From Pristiophorus japonicus (taxonomy: Eukaryota): a DNA stretch of 64,000 nt. The notes under the pieces were generated by a model. That model made no database searches. It saw only the letters and a program-made list of their open reading frames with translations, and had not been told where the DNA came from. Below are positions 24,470 to 38,523 of this stretch, piece by piece (position 1 is the first letter of the stretch; every line of letters starts with the position of its first letter). Where the stretch lies: positions 25,358,001 to 25,422,000 of the forward strand of contig NC_091980.1 in NCBI RefSeq assembly GCF_044704955.1, given 5' to 3'. The translations under genes were made by a program, and so were the position numbers.

Positions 24470-25260
24470 TGTGAGGTTATTCATTTAGCACATGCAGAGC
24501 ATTTCGTCCCACCTGCAGGACAATTAGGACACTTTGCTGAGTGTGATTTGTCCCCACAGTTAAAGCAGTGGAAGTTAAGCCCGTGGTCCATAGTGGATGG
24601 CTTATTACTAGCCCAGAGTCTCTGCTGTGATTTCTGCTTTAGATGAACGGCATGCACATGGGCTGCAGCTGAAGTCTGCTGCACAGGGGGAGCAGGGGAT
24701 CTAATTGCTTTTGAATCGGAAGCGCTGATTCGATTTGGATAGCCAAATTAGTTGCTTCGTCCAATGTCAGTTTGTCATCCTCCATTACCAAGTGTTCCCG
24801 AATGTGGGGGATCGTTGTTTTCTCAATAATTTGATCCCTGATCATTTCCTCTGTAAGTGTTCCAAAGATACATGTAGTGGCCAGTTCAGTTAATGAAATG
24901 ATGTACTGTTTGATTGGTTCACCATTTCCTTGACCCCTTTAATGAAAATTGAATTTCTCCATCATGATACTTTTCTTTGGCCCAAAATATTTCTTTAAGG
25001 TGTTTACCGCTTTGTCGTACGACTCCGTGTCTTCGATTTGGCCAAAGATATGTTGGCCTTCGGTGCCGAGGCAGTGGATAAGTATTGCACGGCAGCGAGC
25101 TGGTGTTACATTGTCGCCATCTAACCCACAAGCCATGATGTACGTAGAAAAGCTTTTTATCCATCTCGGCCACAGAATTGGAGCGTCCCCAGGTGTGGAG
25201 GGGAAAGGCGGGGGTATAGGGAGGTTAATTTGGATTCATCTTCGTCGCCAAACTATGTTG
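24470..25260 (-). mobile_element. Gypsy gag relic with PBS
   Basis: PBS TGGCGACGAAGATG at ~25250, MIRDQIIEKT, Cys knuckles CFNCGDKSH...CSAC. Confidence 0.75.
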
Positions 25261-26549
25261 TGTACTTAAATAACAGACTAACTGAAACAGGATTAATGTA
25301 ACTAACTGTGTCCTTTACAGCAACTCCCAAAATGGTGTCCCAAACCAGCATGAACCAGCAGTGAGTGACTATCTCTCGCACGTTCCCAATGCTTGTCTAG
25401 TGAGGGTTCATGTAACAAACAAATAGAGTCTGAACACAACAGCGTAAAACTCACTTGATAGCGTTGCCTGTTAGCACCCGGTGCTAGGCAACTAACAGGT
25501 GGCAAAGGGCTACCTTCGACGGCAAGCGGCGTTGACACCTCGCCCTAAATTCAGTCAGCTCCTTGACAGGGGTGCCAAGAGGCAATGCTGCACCGGCTAA
25601 CGTCACCCGCATAGTGACGTCATCCAGCGTACAATACCTCTTTTTGCCTCTGTTGCGAGAGTTGCTTTGTACAGCTGCCATAACAGGAGGCGGCCGTACA
25701 GCGACGAAAAAGTGGTCATAAAAGAATGGATCTTGGGTAGAAGCTTTATTCATTTCTACATGTTTTTATTAGTTTGAAGAGTGGCAAAGTGCGTGTGGAT
25801 CGCAGAAATGTTCGTGTTTTATTCTTCCTTTTTTCCCAGCACGTCGGCAGCCTCCTGTCGGGAAATTCAGTCGGCCTCCTGAACTGCCACCCAAGGATGA
25901 GTGTGCAACGCCACTTGTTAACGGAACTTTCTCATCCTTCGACGTAAAAACTGAATTTAGAACTTTGAGGCTGCGCCTAACGTCCAGCGCTAAAATCAAC
26001 ACTCAGGCAGTGACACCATCTCAAAAACGGCCATAACCAATTTTGACCCCTGTGTGCTTCCACTTTCTCACCAGGGATCCTGTTCAACTCAGCAACCAGC
26101 CTTCATGTGTGAACCTGGAGAGTCAAGGTTATCAGGGGGCCTCACAGTTGAGCCCAATCTTCTTCTCTACAAACGTGCCCATTCACACATTTCATGAAAA
26201 ACTCTCGGACGTAATCAACATTATTCAAGGCAACATTCTACATCTCATGGATCAACTTCCCACAGTCAGAAAATGAACAGAGCTAGATAGAATATTATAA
26301 TATATAGGTTTATTCCAATGCCATACAAATCTTTTCTTTGCCAGATATAACCAAAATAAGTGCCAAACGTAACATGAGGATCATTCAGCCCATTAAACCC
26401 ATTCCTCCGGTAGACCATGTACAGACGGTTCCAGTGTGAAATCCAGCCAACTAACTAAATATCCCAAATTATGTTCCCCCTAGTTTCAAAGATAACTGAG
26501 AAAATATCCAGAATACCCATCAAATCTTGTAACCTATGCAATGTCCAGT

Positions 26550-26950
26550 CTGGCAATGACTCGATTTTAAAGTTCTCATCCTTGTTTTCAAATCCCTCCA
26601 TGGTCTCGCCCCTCCGACATCGGTAAACTCCACCAGCCCTACAACCCTCCGAGATCTCTGCACTCCTCCAATTCTGGCCGCCTGTGCATCCCCAATTATC
26701 ATCTCTGCATTATGGCGACCATGCCTAGACCTTAAGCATTGGCATTTCCTCCTCAAACCTCTCCACTGTGCCAACTGTCTATCTTCATTTAAGATGTTCC
26801 TTAAAACCTACCTCTTTGACTAAGCTTTTTGTCACCTGTCCCAATATCTCCTTACGTGGCTCGGTATCAAATGTTATTTTATAATACTTTGGTGAAGCGC
26901 TTTCTGAGGTTTTATTACATTAAAGACACTATATTAATATAAGTTGTTGT
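26550..26950 (+). mobile_element. L2 LINE 3' end
   Basis: FKVLILVFKSLHGLAP, homologous to 41600-41900. Confidence 0.7.
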
Positions 26951-27214
26951 TGTTATTTATCTGTGACCAGTTGGATAACCCAGTCTAGAACTCCCATCAT
27001 TCTGGCACTTCAGGAACTATTGCCTCCCAAGAATATTTGACACATAGAAATGCAAACACATTGGTTAATCTAATCCTAATGGATTAAATTGTTTAAGTTC
27101 ACACAAGGATATAATTGTCATTCCTAATTTTTGGAATCACGTACAACATTCACATTTTATTACATATTACATGTATGAAACCTAAAATAGTTTGCAGCAA
27201 TTTCCATATCTTAC

Positions 27215-27316
27215 CTGCAACATTGCGCTTTCTCAGACACAGCACCACTGCCAGGATAATGATAAGGAAAAGACTCCCGAAAATAACAGCATTGATGTGT
27301 TTAAAAGTGTAATCAT
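27215..27316 (-). CDS. Exon of Ig-superfamily receptor: transmembrane segment
   Basis: 102 nt, phase 1/1, ttcttctgacAG acceptor, CAG|GTAAGA donor. DDYTFKHINAVIFGSLFLIIILAVVLCLRKRNVA is an uncharged hydrophobic helix followed by an RKR stop-transfer sequence. Confidence 0.88.
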
Positions 27317-27845
27317 CTGTCAGAAGAATAAGCATAAATTTCACATTTAGTTTATAGATTAACTTCTTAAACAAAAATAAGCTGCCCTGATGACCCAGTG
27401 GATAAACCTACTGCCTGATTTACCATTAAACCATACAGGCCAGAAGATCCCAGGTTTCATTCCTGAATCAAGTTCACTGATCTCACTCAGGACCATTGGA
27501 GCTACGATTGTCCTCAGTGCCCTTCAGTTAGGGACAGGGGGAAAATCATACATTGTTCGAGTTCCTGGTTTCAATCCGGTGATTCCTTTTGGAAAGGAGT
27601 TGTGGGCAGATAACGGGTAAGTAAAGGGTCTGATTCAGCTGTGATGCTTCCCGCTGTACAATAGGTGAATGATACTGATTGTCTAGGTTTTTGTTGAATA
27701 ACGGCTATTTGGATGAGAACTGCACTCAGTGGATAGATCCTGACTCAGTGCGATAGTGTAAAACGGATGGGAATGAAAATGGAGAGAGATGTAAAACAGG
27801 CTGCCGACTCACTATCACCCATTTTACACTGTCGCACAAAGTCAA

Positions 27846-30800
27846 GAGGAGGAGGCAGACATGTGAGGGAGCGTCAGTGGGGCCTGAGAGAAGGCGGAGT
27901 GGCCAGAAAGGAGCGCGGCAGAGGAGGCCCGACACCGGAGGCTGAGAACTTTGCTGATAGCACGTTTCAGGAGATGCTCTCCCTGCAGGTTAAGAGTGTG
28001 AAGGCAGAGAGGGAATGTGTGACTGCCAGACAGAAGAGGAAGAACAGATAGGTAGTGCAGGAGTCCCCTGAATGCATCTCACTCTCCAACCAGTATTCTG
28101 TTCTTAGTACTGGTGGTGGCGATGGTTCCTTTGGGGAGTGTCATGTATTCAACTGTCATTGTAATCCATGTTGTCATGTATTTAACTGTCATTTTAACCC
28201 ATGTATAAACTGACTAGTTGTACACTGTGAGAATATTGACCACTAGGTGGTGAACTTGTGGGAGACACTCCTAACCTGGTCTTTCAGGTATAAAAGGAGG
28301 AGCTCCACTCACCTTCATCACTTCAGTGCTGGAATAAAAGTTGCTGGTCACAGAGTGACCTTCTCTCGAGCACGGGCCTCGTGTGCATTTGTACTGTATA
28401 GTAAGGACATATCACATTTACAAACTAACCTAAGTTGTACACTGTGAGAACATTGACCACTAGGTGGTGAACTTGTGGGAGACACTCCTAACCTGGTCTT
28501 TCAGGTAAAAAGGGGAAGCTCCACCCACCTTCATCACTTCAGTGCTGGCAAATAAAGGTTACTGGTCACAGAGTGACTTTCTCTCTCATTTGGGCCTTGT
28601 GTGCATTTGTACTGTATAGTAAGGACATATTATTGGCGACGAGAAACTGGGATTTAAACTACGCGAGCATGGCCACGAGCAGCACAGATGAGAGGTACTG
28701 TGTTGGTGATGATTGGGATGATTTTATTGAGAGACTGCAGCAAAGTTTCGTCACCAAGGAATGGCTGGGACAGGATTCAGCCGACAAGCGCAGAGCTCAT
28801 CTCCTGACGGTTTGTGGATCCATGACATATTCCCTGATGAAGGACCTTCTAGCGTCAGAGAAGCCCGCGGACAAGACTATTGAAGAGCTCAGTAAGTTGA
28901 TCGGGGAACACTTTAAACTGGCGAGCACAAGGCAAGACACCGGTTTTACACATACCGGCGGCGAGAATGGCAAAGCGTTCCAGACTTCGTGGCAGACCTC
29001 CGACGACTGGCGAGCCTATGGAAGTTCCCAGATGCATGCAGAGCGGAGATGTTGCGAGACGTTTTTATTGAGGGCATCGGGCATGCTGAGGTTTTCAGGA
29101 AACTGATTGAGACCAAAGACTTGACCCTGGAAACGGCAGCTTTGATGGCCCAGACATTTATCTCAGGGGAGGAAGAAAGCAGAATGATGTTTGACAAAAA
29201 TCTTGGTTTAAATGCAGCAAATGCACAGAGAGTCAACATTGTTAACGCGGCACACAGTTCTCTAGGCAGACAGGGACAATCGGACATGCCCGAGCATGTA
29301 GTCAAACCCAAAGGGGGAATACAACAGAGACAATGGCGAGCTGAATGGTGATTCATGCCATCGCAAGGGACAATGCGACCAGTAATGGGGCCATCAACAC
29401 CTGTTAATGGTGCGTTTCAAGACAGTTACAGAGACGGTCAGAGACGATCGACTGGTAATAGATCTTTTGTTTCCAACAACGGCTCATGTTGGAGGTGTGG
29501 AGGCAAATACCCAGCCAGAGCTTGCAGATATCAGCAATATACCTGCAGAAATTGCAACGTCAGCGATCACTTGGCGCGTATGTGCAGGAAGCCTGCAGCC
29601 AGGTTGATGTAGGAGGAGGACGGGCCCGATGTAAGCCCTACGAGGCCAAATGGACACTCGGGGAAATCTCTGGAAGCTGAAGATCAGCGAGTTCATGTGG
29701 AGCACCTATACAGTTCATACACGAGGACGCCACCGATAATGATGAAAGTGCTCCTCAAAGGCATCCCAGTATCAATGGAACTCGACACGGGGGCCAGCCA
29801 GTCCCTGATGAGTATCAAACAGTTCGACACATTGTGGGCGTCCAAGACCAGGAGGCCAAAATTATTGCCGATTGACGCACAGCTACAGACATATACAAAG
29901 GAGATCATTCCGGTGCTAGGCAGCGCCACGGTAGTCGTGACCCACAAAGATTCGGAGAACAGGTTGCCACTCTGGATTGTCCTGGGGGACGGTCCCGCAC
30001 TACTGGCTTGCTGTCATGAACTGGAAATGGGGCGATGTCAATGCAATTTCTTCTGTGGAGCGAGTATCATGCTCACAGGTTCTGGACAAATTTGACTCAG
30101 TATTTCAAGCCGGCATTGGAACTTTAATGGGGACCAAGGTAGTGATTCACATAAACCTGACGCCAGGCCAGTACACCACAAGGCCAGAGCGGTGCCGTAC
30201 GCGATGCGGGAAAAGATAGAAGGCGAATTGGACCGCCTGCTGAGGGGTGGCATCATCTCGCCAGTCGAATTCAGTGACTGGGCGAGCCCGATTGTGCCGG
30301 TGGTCAAGGCGGATGGGTCGGTCAGGAGATGTGGTGATTACAAGGCCACCATCATTCGGGTGTCACTCCAAGACCAGTACCCGCTACCGAGAGCGGAGGA
30401 CCTCTTTGCGACGCTATCCGGTGGCAAACTTTTTTCAAAATTGGACCTGACCTCAGCTTACATGACCCAGGAGCTGGTGAGTGAGTCGAAGAAGCTGACT
30501 ACCATCACGACACACAAGGGGTTGTTTGAGTACAACAGATGTTCGTTCGGGATTCGCTCGGCTGCCGGGATCTTTCAATGAAACATGGAAAGTCTCCTCA
30601 TGGGTTGCGATACTAAAGAACACCTCCACAACCTGGAGGAGGTGCTACTCAGACTGAACTGGGTAGGTCTGCGACTGAAAAAGGTGAAGTGCATCTTCCT
30701 AGCGCCAGAGGTAGAATTCCTGGGGATGAGGGTAGCAGCAGACGGGATCAAACCGGAAGCGATCTAGAGAGCACCCAGATCCCGTAACACGATGGAGCTG

Positions 30801-33800
30801 CGTTCGTTCCTGGGGCTCCTGAACTATTTTTGTAACTTTCTTCCCAAATTGAGCACGCTGTTAGAGCCGCTACACGTGCTCCTACGCAAAGGTCATGAAT
30901 AGGTCTGGGGGCACAGCCAGGAAAGGGCTATTGATAGAGCACGCAATTTGTTATGCTCAAACAATCTGTTAACGCTATATGACCCATGTAAGAAACTTGT
31001 TTTAACATGCAATGCGTCGCCCTATGGGGTCGGGTGTGTGTTGCAGCATGTTAATGCCAAGGGTCAGTTACAGCCAGTAGCTTATGCATCCAGAAATCTG
31101 TCCCAGGCAGAAAGGGGTTATGGGATGGTAGAAAAGGAAGTGCTTGCATGTGTATATGCAGTAAAAAAAAATGCACCAATACCTGTTTGGCAGGAAATTT
31201 GAGCTGGAGACAGATCACAAACCCCTAACGTCCCTTTTGGCCGATAACCAGGCCATAAATGAAAATGCGTCGGCCCGCATACAAAGGTGGGCACTCATGT
31301 TAGCCGCCTATGACTATATAATTCGGCACAGACCGGGCACTGAAAACTGCGCCGATGCACTCAGCAGGCTCCCACTAGCCACCACCGAGGGGGCAACCGA
31401 GCATGATGCTGAGATGGTCATGGCTGTTGAAGCTTTCGAAAGCGAAGGCTCACCCGTGACAGCCCGTCAGATCAAAGTCTGGACAAATAGAGACCCGCTA
31501 CTGTCTTTAGTCAAGAAATGTGTCCTGAATGGGGACTGAGCAGCCACGGGCATGCCTTGAGGAATTTAAACCATTTCACATGCGCAAGGATGAACTCTCG
31601 ATTCGGGCCAATTGCCTACTATGGGGAAACCGAGTAGTCATGCCCCAAATGGGCAGAGAGGCGTTCATCAGAGAACTCCACAATGAGCACCCAGGCATTG
31701 TCATGATGAAGGCAATTGCCAGGTCACACGTTTGGTTGCCAGGGATAGATGCAGACCTGGAACTCTGTGTTCGCAGGTGCAACACATTTGCCCAGCTGGG
31801 CAATGCGCCCAAGGAAGCCCCCCCTTAGCCTCTGGTCCTGGCCTGCCAAGCCATGGTCACGCATCCATGTGGACTACGCAGGTCCATTCATGGGAAAAAT
31901 GTTTTTGGTTGTAGTAGACGCCTACTCCAAATGGATCGAGTGTGACATTCTCAATTCAAGCACATCCTCTGCCACGGTAGAAAGTCTACGGGCAATGTTC
32001 GCCGCCCATGGTCTACCGGACATCTTGATCAGCGACAATAGCCCGTGCTTTACAAGCATTGAGTTCCAGGACTTCATGGCAGGAAATGGTATCAACCATG
32101 TCAGAACGGCACCATTCAAGCCGGCCTCAAACGGGCAGGCGGAATGAGCAGTGCAGATAATCAAACAGGGAATGCTCAGAATCCAAGGGGGTTCCCTACA
32201 AAGCTGCTTATCGCACCTCCTGTTGGCCAATAGATCCCGACCACACTCACTCACAGGGGTTCCACCCACAGAGCTGCTAATGAAAAGGATGCTCAAAACC
32301 AGGTTATCCTTCATACACCCGACCATGATAGAAATTTTTGAGAGCAGGCTCCGGTCACAATGTGACTACCATGACGGGAATGCGAGGGCGCGATGTATTG
32401 ACGTCAATGACCCTGTCTTTGTCCTCAACTACACTGCAGGACCCAAATGGCTCGCAGGCACCATGATTGCCAAAGAGCGGATTAGGATTCTGGTAGTTAA
32501 ACTTACCAATGGACAAATCTGCCGCAAACACGTGGATCAAACAAAAAGGAGGTTCAGCTACCCCTTAGAAGAAGCAGAGGAAGAACATGATGTAGAGTTC
32601 ACTCCACCACAGGTGACCGAACACCGGAACCAAGTGGAGGAGAGCCCAGTCACTGTGAGCAGTCCGGACAGGCCTGAGGCACCGCAAACAGCAGACACTC
32701 AGGTCAGCGCCCAAAAACCGGAGCCCCAACTCAGGCGCTCTGCAAGGGAGCGTAAACCACCAGAGAAATTTAACCTGTGATCCCAATAAGAGTTTTGGGG
32801 GGGAGGTGATGTCATGTATTCAACTGTCATTGTAATCCATGTATAAACTGACCTAAGTTGTACACTGTGAGAACACTGACCACAAGGGGGTGAACTTGTG
32901 GGAGACACTCCTAACCTGGTCTTTCAGGTATAAAAGGGGAAGCTCCACCCACCTTCATTACTTCAGTGCTAGCAAATAAAGGTTACTGGACACAGAGTGA
33001 CCTTCTCTCTTGTATGGGCCTCTTGTGCATTTGTACTGTATCGGAAGGACATATATGGGAGTGCAGCCAAAGTCAAGTCCATGGCACCACGGGTGGCTCA
33101 GCTGCACAGGGGGACAGGAAGAAGAGTGGAAGAGCAATAGTGGTAGGGGATTCAACAGTTAGGGGAGTAGACAGGCGTTTCTGCGGCCGCAGACGTGACC
33201 CCAGATGGTATATTGCCTCCCTGGTGCCAGGGTCAAGGATGTCATTGAGCAGCTACAGGACATTCTGAGGGGGGACGGTGAACAGCCAGAGGTCATGGTC
33301 CATCTCGTCACCAATGACATAGGTATAAGGATGGATGAGGTCCTGCAGGCAGATTTTAGGGAGCTAGGAGAGAGATTAAAAAGCAGTACCTCAAAAGTAG
33401 TAATCTCTGGATTACTCCCGGTGCCATGTGCAAGTGAGTATAGAAATAGGAGTATAGAGCAGATGAATGCATGGCTGGAGAAATAGTGCAGGAAGGAGGG
33501 CTTTAGATTCGTGAGGCATTGGGACCATTTCTGGGGGCGGTGGAACCTATACAAGCCGGACGGGTTATACCTCAACAGAGCCAGGACCAATATCCTTGCG
33601 GGAGGGCAGTGGGTTGCTACTGCTGTTGTGGAGGGTGTAAACTAGCTTGGCAGGAAAATGGGAACCTGAGAGTAGATTCAGAAGGGAGAGAAGGAAAGCT
33701 GGAATTGGAAAACAGAATATAGGAATTGAATTTATAAGGCAGCGGAAATGGAGAGAAAATAGACAAAGGAGTTTGGCAGTGCTAAATGGTATATACTTCA

Positions 33801-36650
33801 TGTAAGGAATATAGGGAATAAGACAGATGAGCTGAGAGCATAGATAGACACTTGGGAGTATGATATTATAGCTATTACTGCGACATAGGTGAAAGAAGGG
33901 CATGTACGGCAACTCAACATTCCTGGTTACAGGGTTTTCAGACGGGATAGAGAGGGGGAGAAAAGGAAAGGTAGCAGTATTGATTAAAGAAACAATTACA
34001 GCGCTGAGGGGGGATGATATGTTAGAATGATCATCAAATGAGGCCATATGTGTTGAATTTAAGAACAAAAAAGGGGTGATCACACTGCTGGGTGTATACT
34101 ATAGATCCCCAAGCAGTCAGAGGAAGATAGAAAAGCTAATATGTAGGCAAATTTCTGAGGTGCAAAAACTATAAGACAGAAATAGAAGTGGATTTCAACT
34201 ACCCTAATATTAGCTGGGATAGATGTAATGTGATTGGTATGGAGGGTGAAAAATTCCTAAAATGCATTCAGGAGAACTTTTTTAGCCAGTATGTAGCAAG
34301 CCCAACAAGGGAGGATTGGTTCTTGACTTAGTGTTATGGAATGAAGCTGGGCAGTTGAAAGAGGTATCAGTGGGAGAGCATTTTGGTGCGATGGATCATA
34401 ATTCAGTGAAATTTAGGGTAGTTATGGGAAAGTACAAAGATAGACGGAATAAAAATTCTCAATTGGAGGAAAGCCAATTTTACAAAGATGAGAGGTGATT
34501 TAGCCACGGTGGACTGGAAACAGCTACTGGAGGTAAATCAGTGAGAGAGCAGAGGGAAGCTTTCAAGGAGGAGATCCTGAGGGTTCAGAGCAAGTATGTT
34601 CCCTTAAGGAAAAACGGTCGGACTATCAAATCTAGAGCCCCATGGATGTCAAGGGGCATAGAGGGTAGGATAAAGAAAAAAAGGGAGGCTAATGACAGAT
34701 ACTAGGGGCTCAATACTGCAGAAACCATAGAGGAGTGTAGAAGGTGTGTGGGTGAAATTAAAAAGGAAATTAGGAAAGCAAAGAGAGAACTTGAAAACAT
34801 TTTGGCAAATAAAATCAAGGAAAACCCAAAGATGTTTTATAAATACATTAAGAGCAAGAGTATATCTAAAGAAAGAATAGGGCCTGTTAGAGACCTTAAA
34901 GGTAATCTGTGTGTGGAGGCGGAAGAAAAGGGTCTGGTTGTTAATGAATGCTTTGATTCTGTTTTCACAAAGGAGAGGGGCAATGCAAACATTGCAATCA
35001 GGGAGAAGGAGTGTGAAATATTAGATGAAATAAACATAGTGAAAGAGGAAGTATTAAGAGTTTTAGCAGCTTTGAAAGTGGATAACTCCCCAGGACTGGA
35101 TGAAATGTATCCCAGGCTGTTAAGAGAAACAAGAAAGGAAATAGCAGAGACTCTGACCATCTTTTTCCAATCCTCTCTGGCTACAGGTGAGGTGCCTGAG
35201 GACTGGAGGACTGCTAAAGTTGCACCCTTGTTTGAAAAGGGATGAAAGAGATTGGCCTGTAATTATTCGGTCTGTCAGCCTAACCTAGGTGGTGGGAAAA
35301 TTATTGGAGAAAATTCTGAGGGACAGGATAAATCTTCATGTAGAAAGACATGGATTAATCGGGGACAGTCAGCGTGGATTTGTTAAGGGAAGGTCATGTC
35401 TGACTAACCTGAATTTGTTGAGGAGGTATCCAGGAGATCGATGAGGTTAGTGCATTTGATGTAGTGTATATGGATTTCAGCAAGGCTTTTGATAAGATCC
35501 CACATGGCAGACTGGTCATGAAAATAAAAGCCCATGGGATTCAAGGCAAAGTGGCAAGTTGGATCCTAAATTGGCTCAGAGGCAGGAAGCAAAGGGTAAT
35601 GATTGATGGGTGGTTTTGTGACTGGAAGGCTATTTCCAGTTGGGTTCCGTAGGGCTCAGTACTAGGTCCCTTGCTTCTTGTGGTTATATATCAATGATTT
35701 CGATGTGAATGTAGGGGATATGATTAAGAAGTTTGCAAAAGATACAAAAATTGGCTATCTGGTTGATAATGAAGAAGAAAGCTGTAGATTGTAGGAAAAT
35801 ATCAATGAACTGGCAAGATGGACAGAACAGAGGTAAATGGAATTCAATCTGGAGAAGTGTGAGGTAATGTATTTGGGGAGGGTTAGCAAGGCAAGAGAAT
35901 ACACATTAAATGGTAGAACACTGAGAAGTGTAGAGGAACAAAGGGACCTTGGAGTGCATGTCCACAGATCCCTGAAGGTAAGCAGGCCAGGTAGCTAAGA
36001 TGGTTAAGAAGGCATACGGAATACTTGTCTTCATTAGCCGAGGCATAGAATACAAGAGCAGGGAGGTTCTGCTTGAACTGTATAAAACATTAGTTAGACC
36101 ACAGCTAGAGTACTGCGTGCATTTCTGGTTACCACATTACAGGAAAGATGTGAATGCACTCGAGAGGGTTCAGAGGAGATTTATGAGGAAGATTCCTGGA
36201 CTGGAGAATGTTAGCAATGATGAAAGATTGGATAAGCTGGGTTTGTTTTGTTTGGAAGAGAGGAGGCTGAGGGGAGACCAGATTGAGGTATATAAAATTA
36301 TGTAAGGCTTAGATAAAGTGCATAGGAAGAATCTATTCCCCTTAGCAGAGGGGTCAAGAACCAGGGGCATAGATTTAAAGTAATTGGTCGGAGATTTAGA
36401 GGGGATTTGGGGAGAATTTTTTCACCCAGAATGTGGTGGGGGTATGGAACTCACTGCCTGAAAGGGTGGTGGAGGCAGGAAGCCTCACCACTTTGAAAAA
36501 GTATTTGGATATGCACTTGAAGTGCCGTAACCTACAGAGCTACGGACCAAGAGCTGGAAAGTTGGATTCGGCTGGATAGTTCTTTGTCGGCCGGCGCCGA
36601 CACAATGGGCCGAATGGCCTTCTTCCGTGCTGTAAATTTATTTGATTTTA
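27846..36650 (+). mobile_element. Near full-length old CR1 (ORF1 SGNH esterase-like plus ORF2), split by a Gypsy
   Basis: ORF1 AIVVGDSTVRG..CLPGARVKDV..VTND at 33130-33600; decayed EN/RT at 33780-36530; ORF1 reading frame rejoins across the Gypsy. Confidence 0.88.
28139..33056 (+). mobile_element. Gypsy LTR retrotransposon (decayed, both LTRs present)
   Basis: LTR sequences at 28139-28632 and 32810-33056; PBS TGGCGACGAG (tRNA-Ser-like); gag CWRCGG knuckle; protease LDTGAS; RT/RNase H; integrase HVDYAGP; PPT gggggggagg; 5-bp TSD GGGAG at 28134-28138 and 33057-33061. Confidence 0.95.
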
Positions 36651-37044
36651 TGAAGAAATACCCTAACATGGGAGGTGAAGAGGAAAGAGGAGAAAACAGA
36701 CAGATAATTTTGACAGAAAATTTGTACAATATCTTCCTGGCTATAATTTTGAGCAATAATTAATGCATGACAGTGCTCCATCAGGAATGGCACCACAATG
36801 CATATTAGAGCAGCAAGACACTACCATGGAATGAGATTGTGACCACGATGAGCCACAATCCAAATATACAATCTCAGTCCAGGTTTGAGAAGGAGGTGGG
36901 AAAAGTGTAGATGAGCATTCCCATGGGACGATGAAAAAATGCAGTGGCAACAACTCACCTCATGTACCTCCCTGTGGCAGGTTGGAGGGTACCTATGGTA
37001 GAGTCCTGGAAATAGGCTACCTATCCACACTGCCTCAGGTAGGA

Positions 37045-38523
37045 CATAAGAACATAAGGACATAAGAATTAGGAGCAGGTGTAGGCTATTCAGACCCTCA
37101 AGAGTCGATCATGCCTGATCTTCTACCTCAACACTTTCCTGCACTGTCCCCATATACCTTGATTCTCTTAATATTCAAAAATCTATCGAGCACTGCCTTG
37201 AATATACTCAAAGACATAGCCTCCACAGCATTCTGGGGTAGAGAATTCCAAAGATTCACCACCCCTTGAGTGATGTTTCTCCACATCTCAGACCTAAATG
37301 GCCGACCCCTTATTCTGAGACTGTGACCCCAGTTCTAGACTCCCAAGCCAGTGTAAACATTCTCCCTGCATCTACCTTGTCAAACCCTGTAAGAATTTTG
37401 GATTTTTCAATTAGATCACCTCTCATTCTTCCAAATGCTGGAGAATATAGGCCTAGTCTGCTCAAGCTCCTCTCATCGGACAATCCTCCCATTCCAGGAA
37501 TCAGTCGAGTGAACCTTTGTTGCACTCCCTCCTTCCATAGGTAAGAAGATCAAAACTGTATACAATACTCCAGGTGTGGTCTCACCAGGGTCCCATATAA
37601 TTGCAATAAGATGTCTTTACTCTTATACTCAAATCCTCATGTAATAAAAGTCAATATATCTTTTGCTTTCTTAATTGCTTGCTGTACCTGCATGTTAACT
37701 TTCAGTAATTTGTGTACAAGAGCACCAACATTTCCCAATCTCACACCATTTAAAAATTATTCTGCTTGTCTATTTTTCCTACCAAAGTGGATAACTTCAC
37801 AGCTATCCACATTATATTCCATTTGCCATGTTCTTGCCCAGCCTGTCCATATCCTCTTGAAGCCTCTTTGTATCCTCCTCACAACTTACATTCCCACCTA
37901 GCTTTGTATCATCAGCAAACTGAGATATATTATAGTTGGTCCCATCATCCAAAGCATTGAAATAGATTGTGAATACCTGTGGCCCAAGCATCGATCCTCG
38001 TGGCACTCCACTAGTTACAGCCTGCCAACCCGAAAATGACCCATTTATTCCTAAACCTTCAACTTCCCCTCCAAGTCACACACCATCCTGACATGGAAGT
38101 GTATCACCATTCCTTCATTGTCAAAAGCCTCCCTTACAGCACTGTGGGATTACCTTCACCACAAGGACTGCAGCGGTTCAAAAAGGTGGCACAATACCAC
38201 CTTCTCTAGGGCAATTAGGGATATGCAATAAATGCTGGCCTTGCCAGTGATGCCTACATCCCTGGAACGACAAAATTTTTTAAAAAATAGTTACCCCCAA
38301 TCCTATGAACCCCAATTTTGTTCAATAACCTCTTGTGTGGCACCTTATCGAATGCCTTCTGAAAATCCAAATATAACATACCCACTGGTCCCCCTTTATC
38401 TATTCTACTAGTTATAACCACAAAGAATTCAAACTGATTTGTCAAACATGTTTTCCCTTTGATAAATCCATATTGAATCTGCCTAATCCTATTATTATTT
38501 TCTAAATGCCCTGTTACCATCCT
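37045..38523 (-). mobile_element. Old CR1 (minus strand) containing a CR1-like 3' fragment; resumes at ~40324-40360
   Basis: (CATAAGAA)n tail; YLDFQKAFDKVPH and FADD on the minus strand. Confidence 0.85.

Noticed and set aside
36959-37005. AG...GTGAGT-bounded minus-strand segment between the C2 and TM exons (candidate stalk exon)
   Set aside because: 47 nt would shift the frame, and C2 already joins the TM exon in phase.
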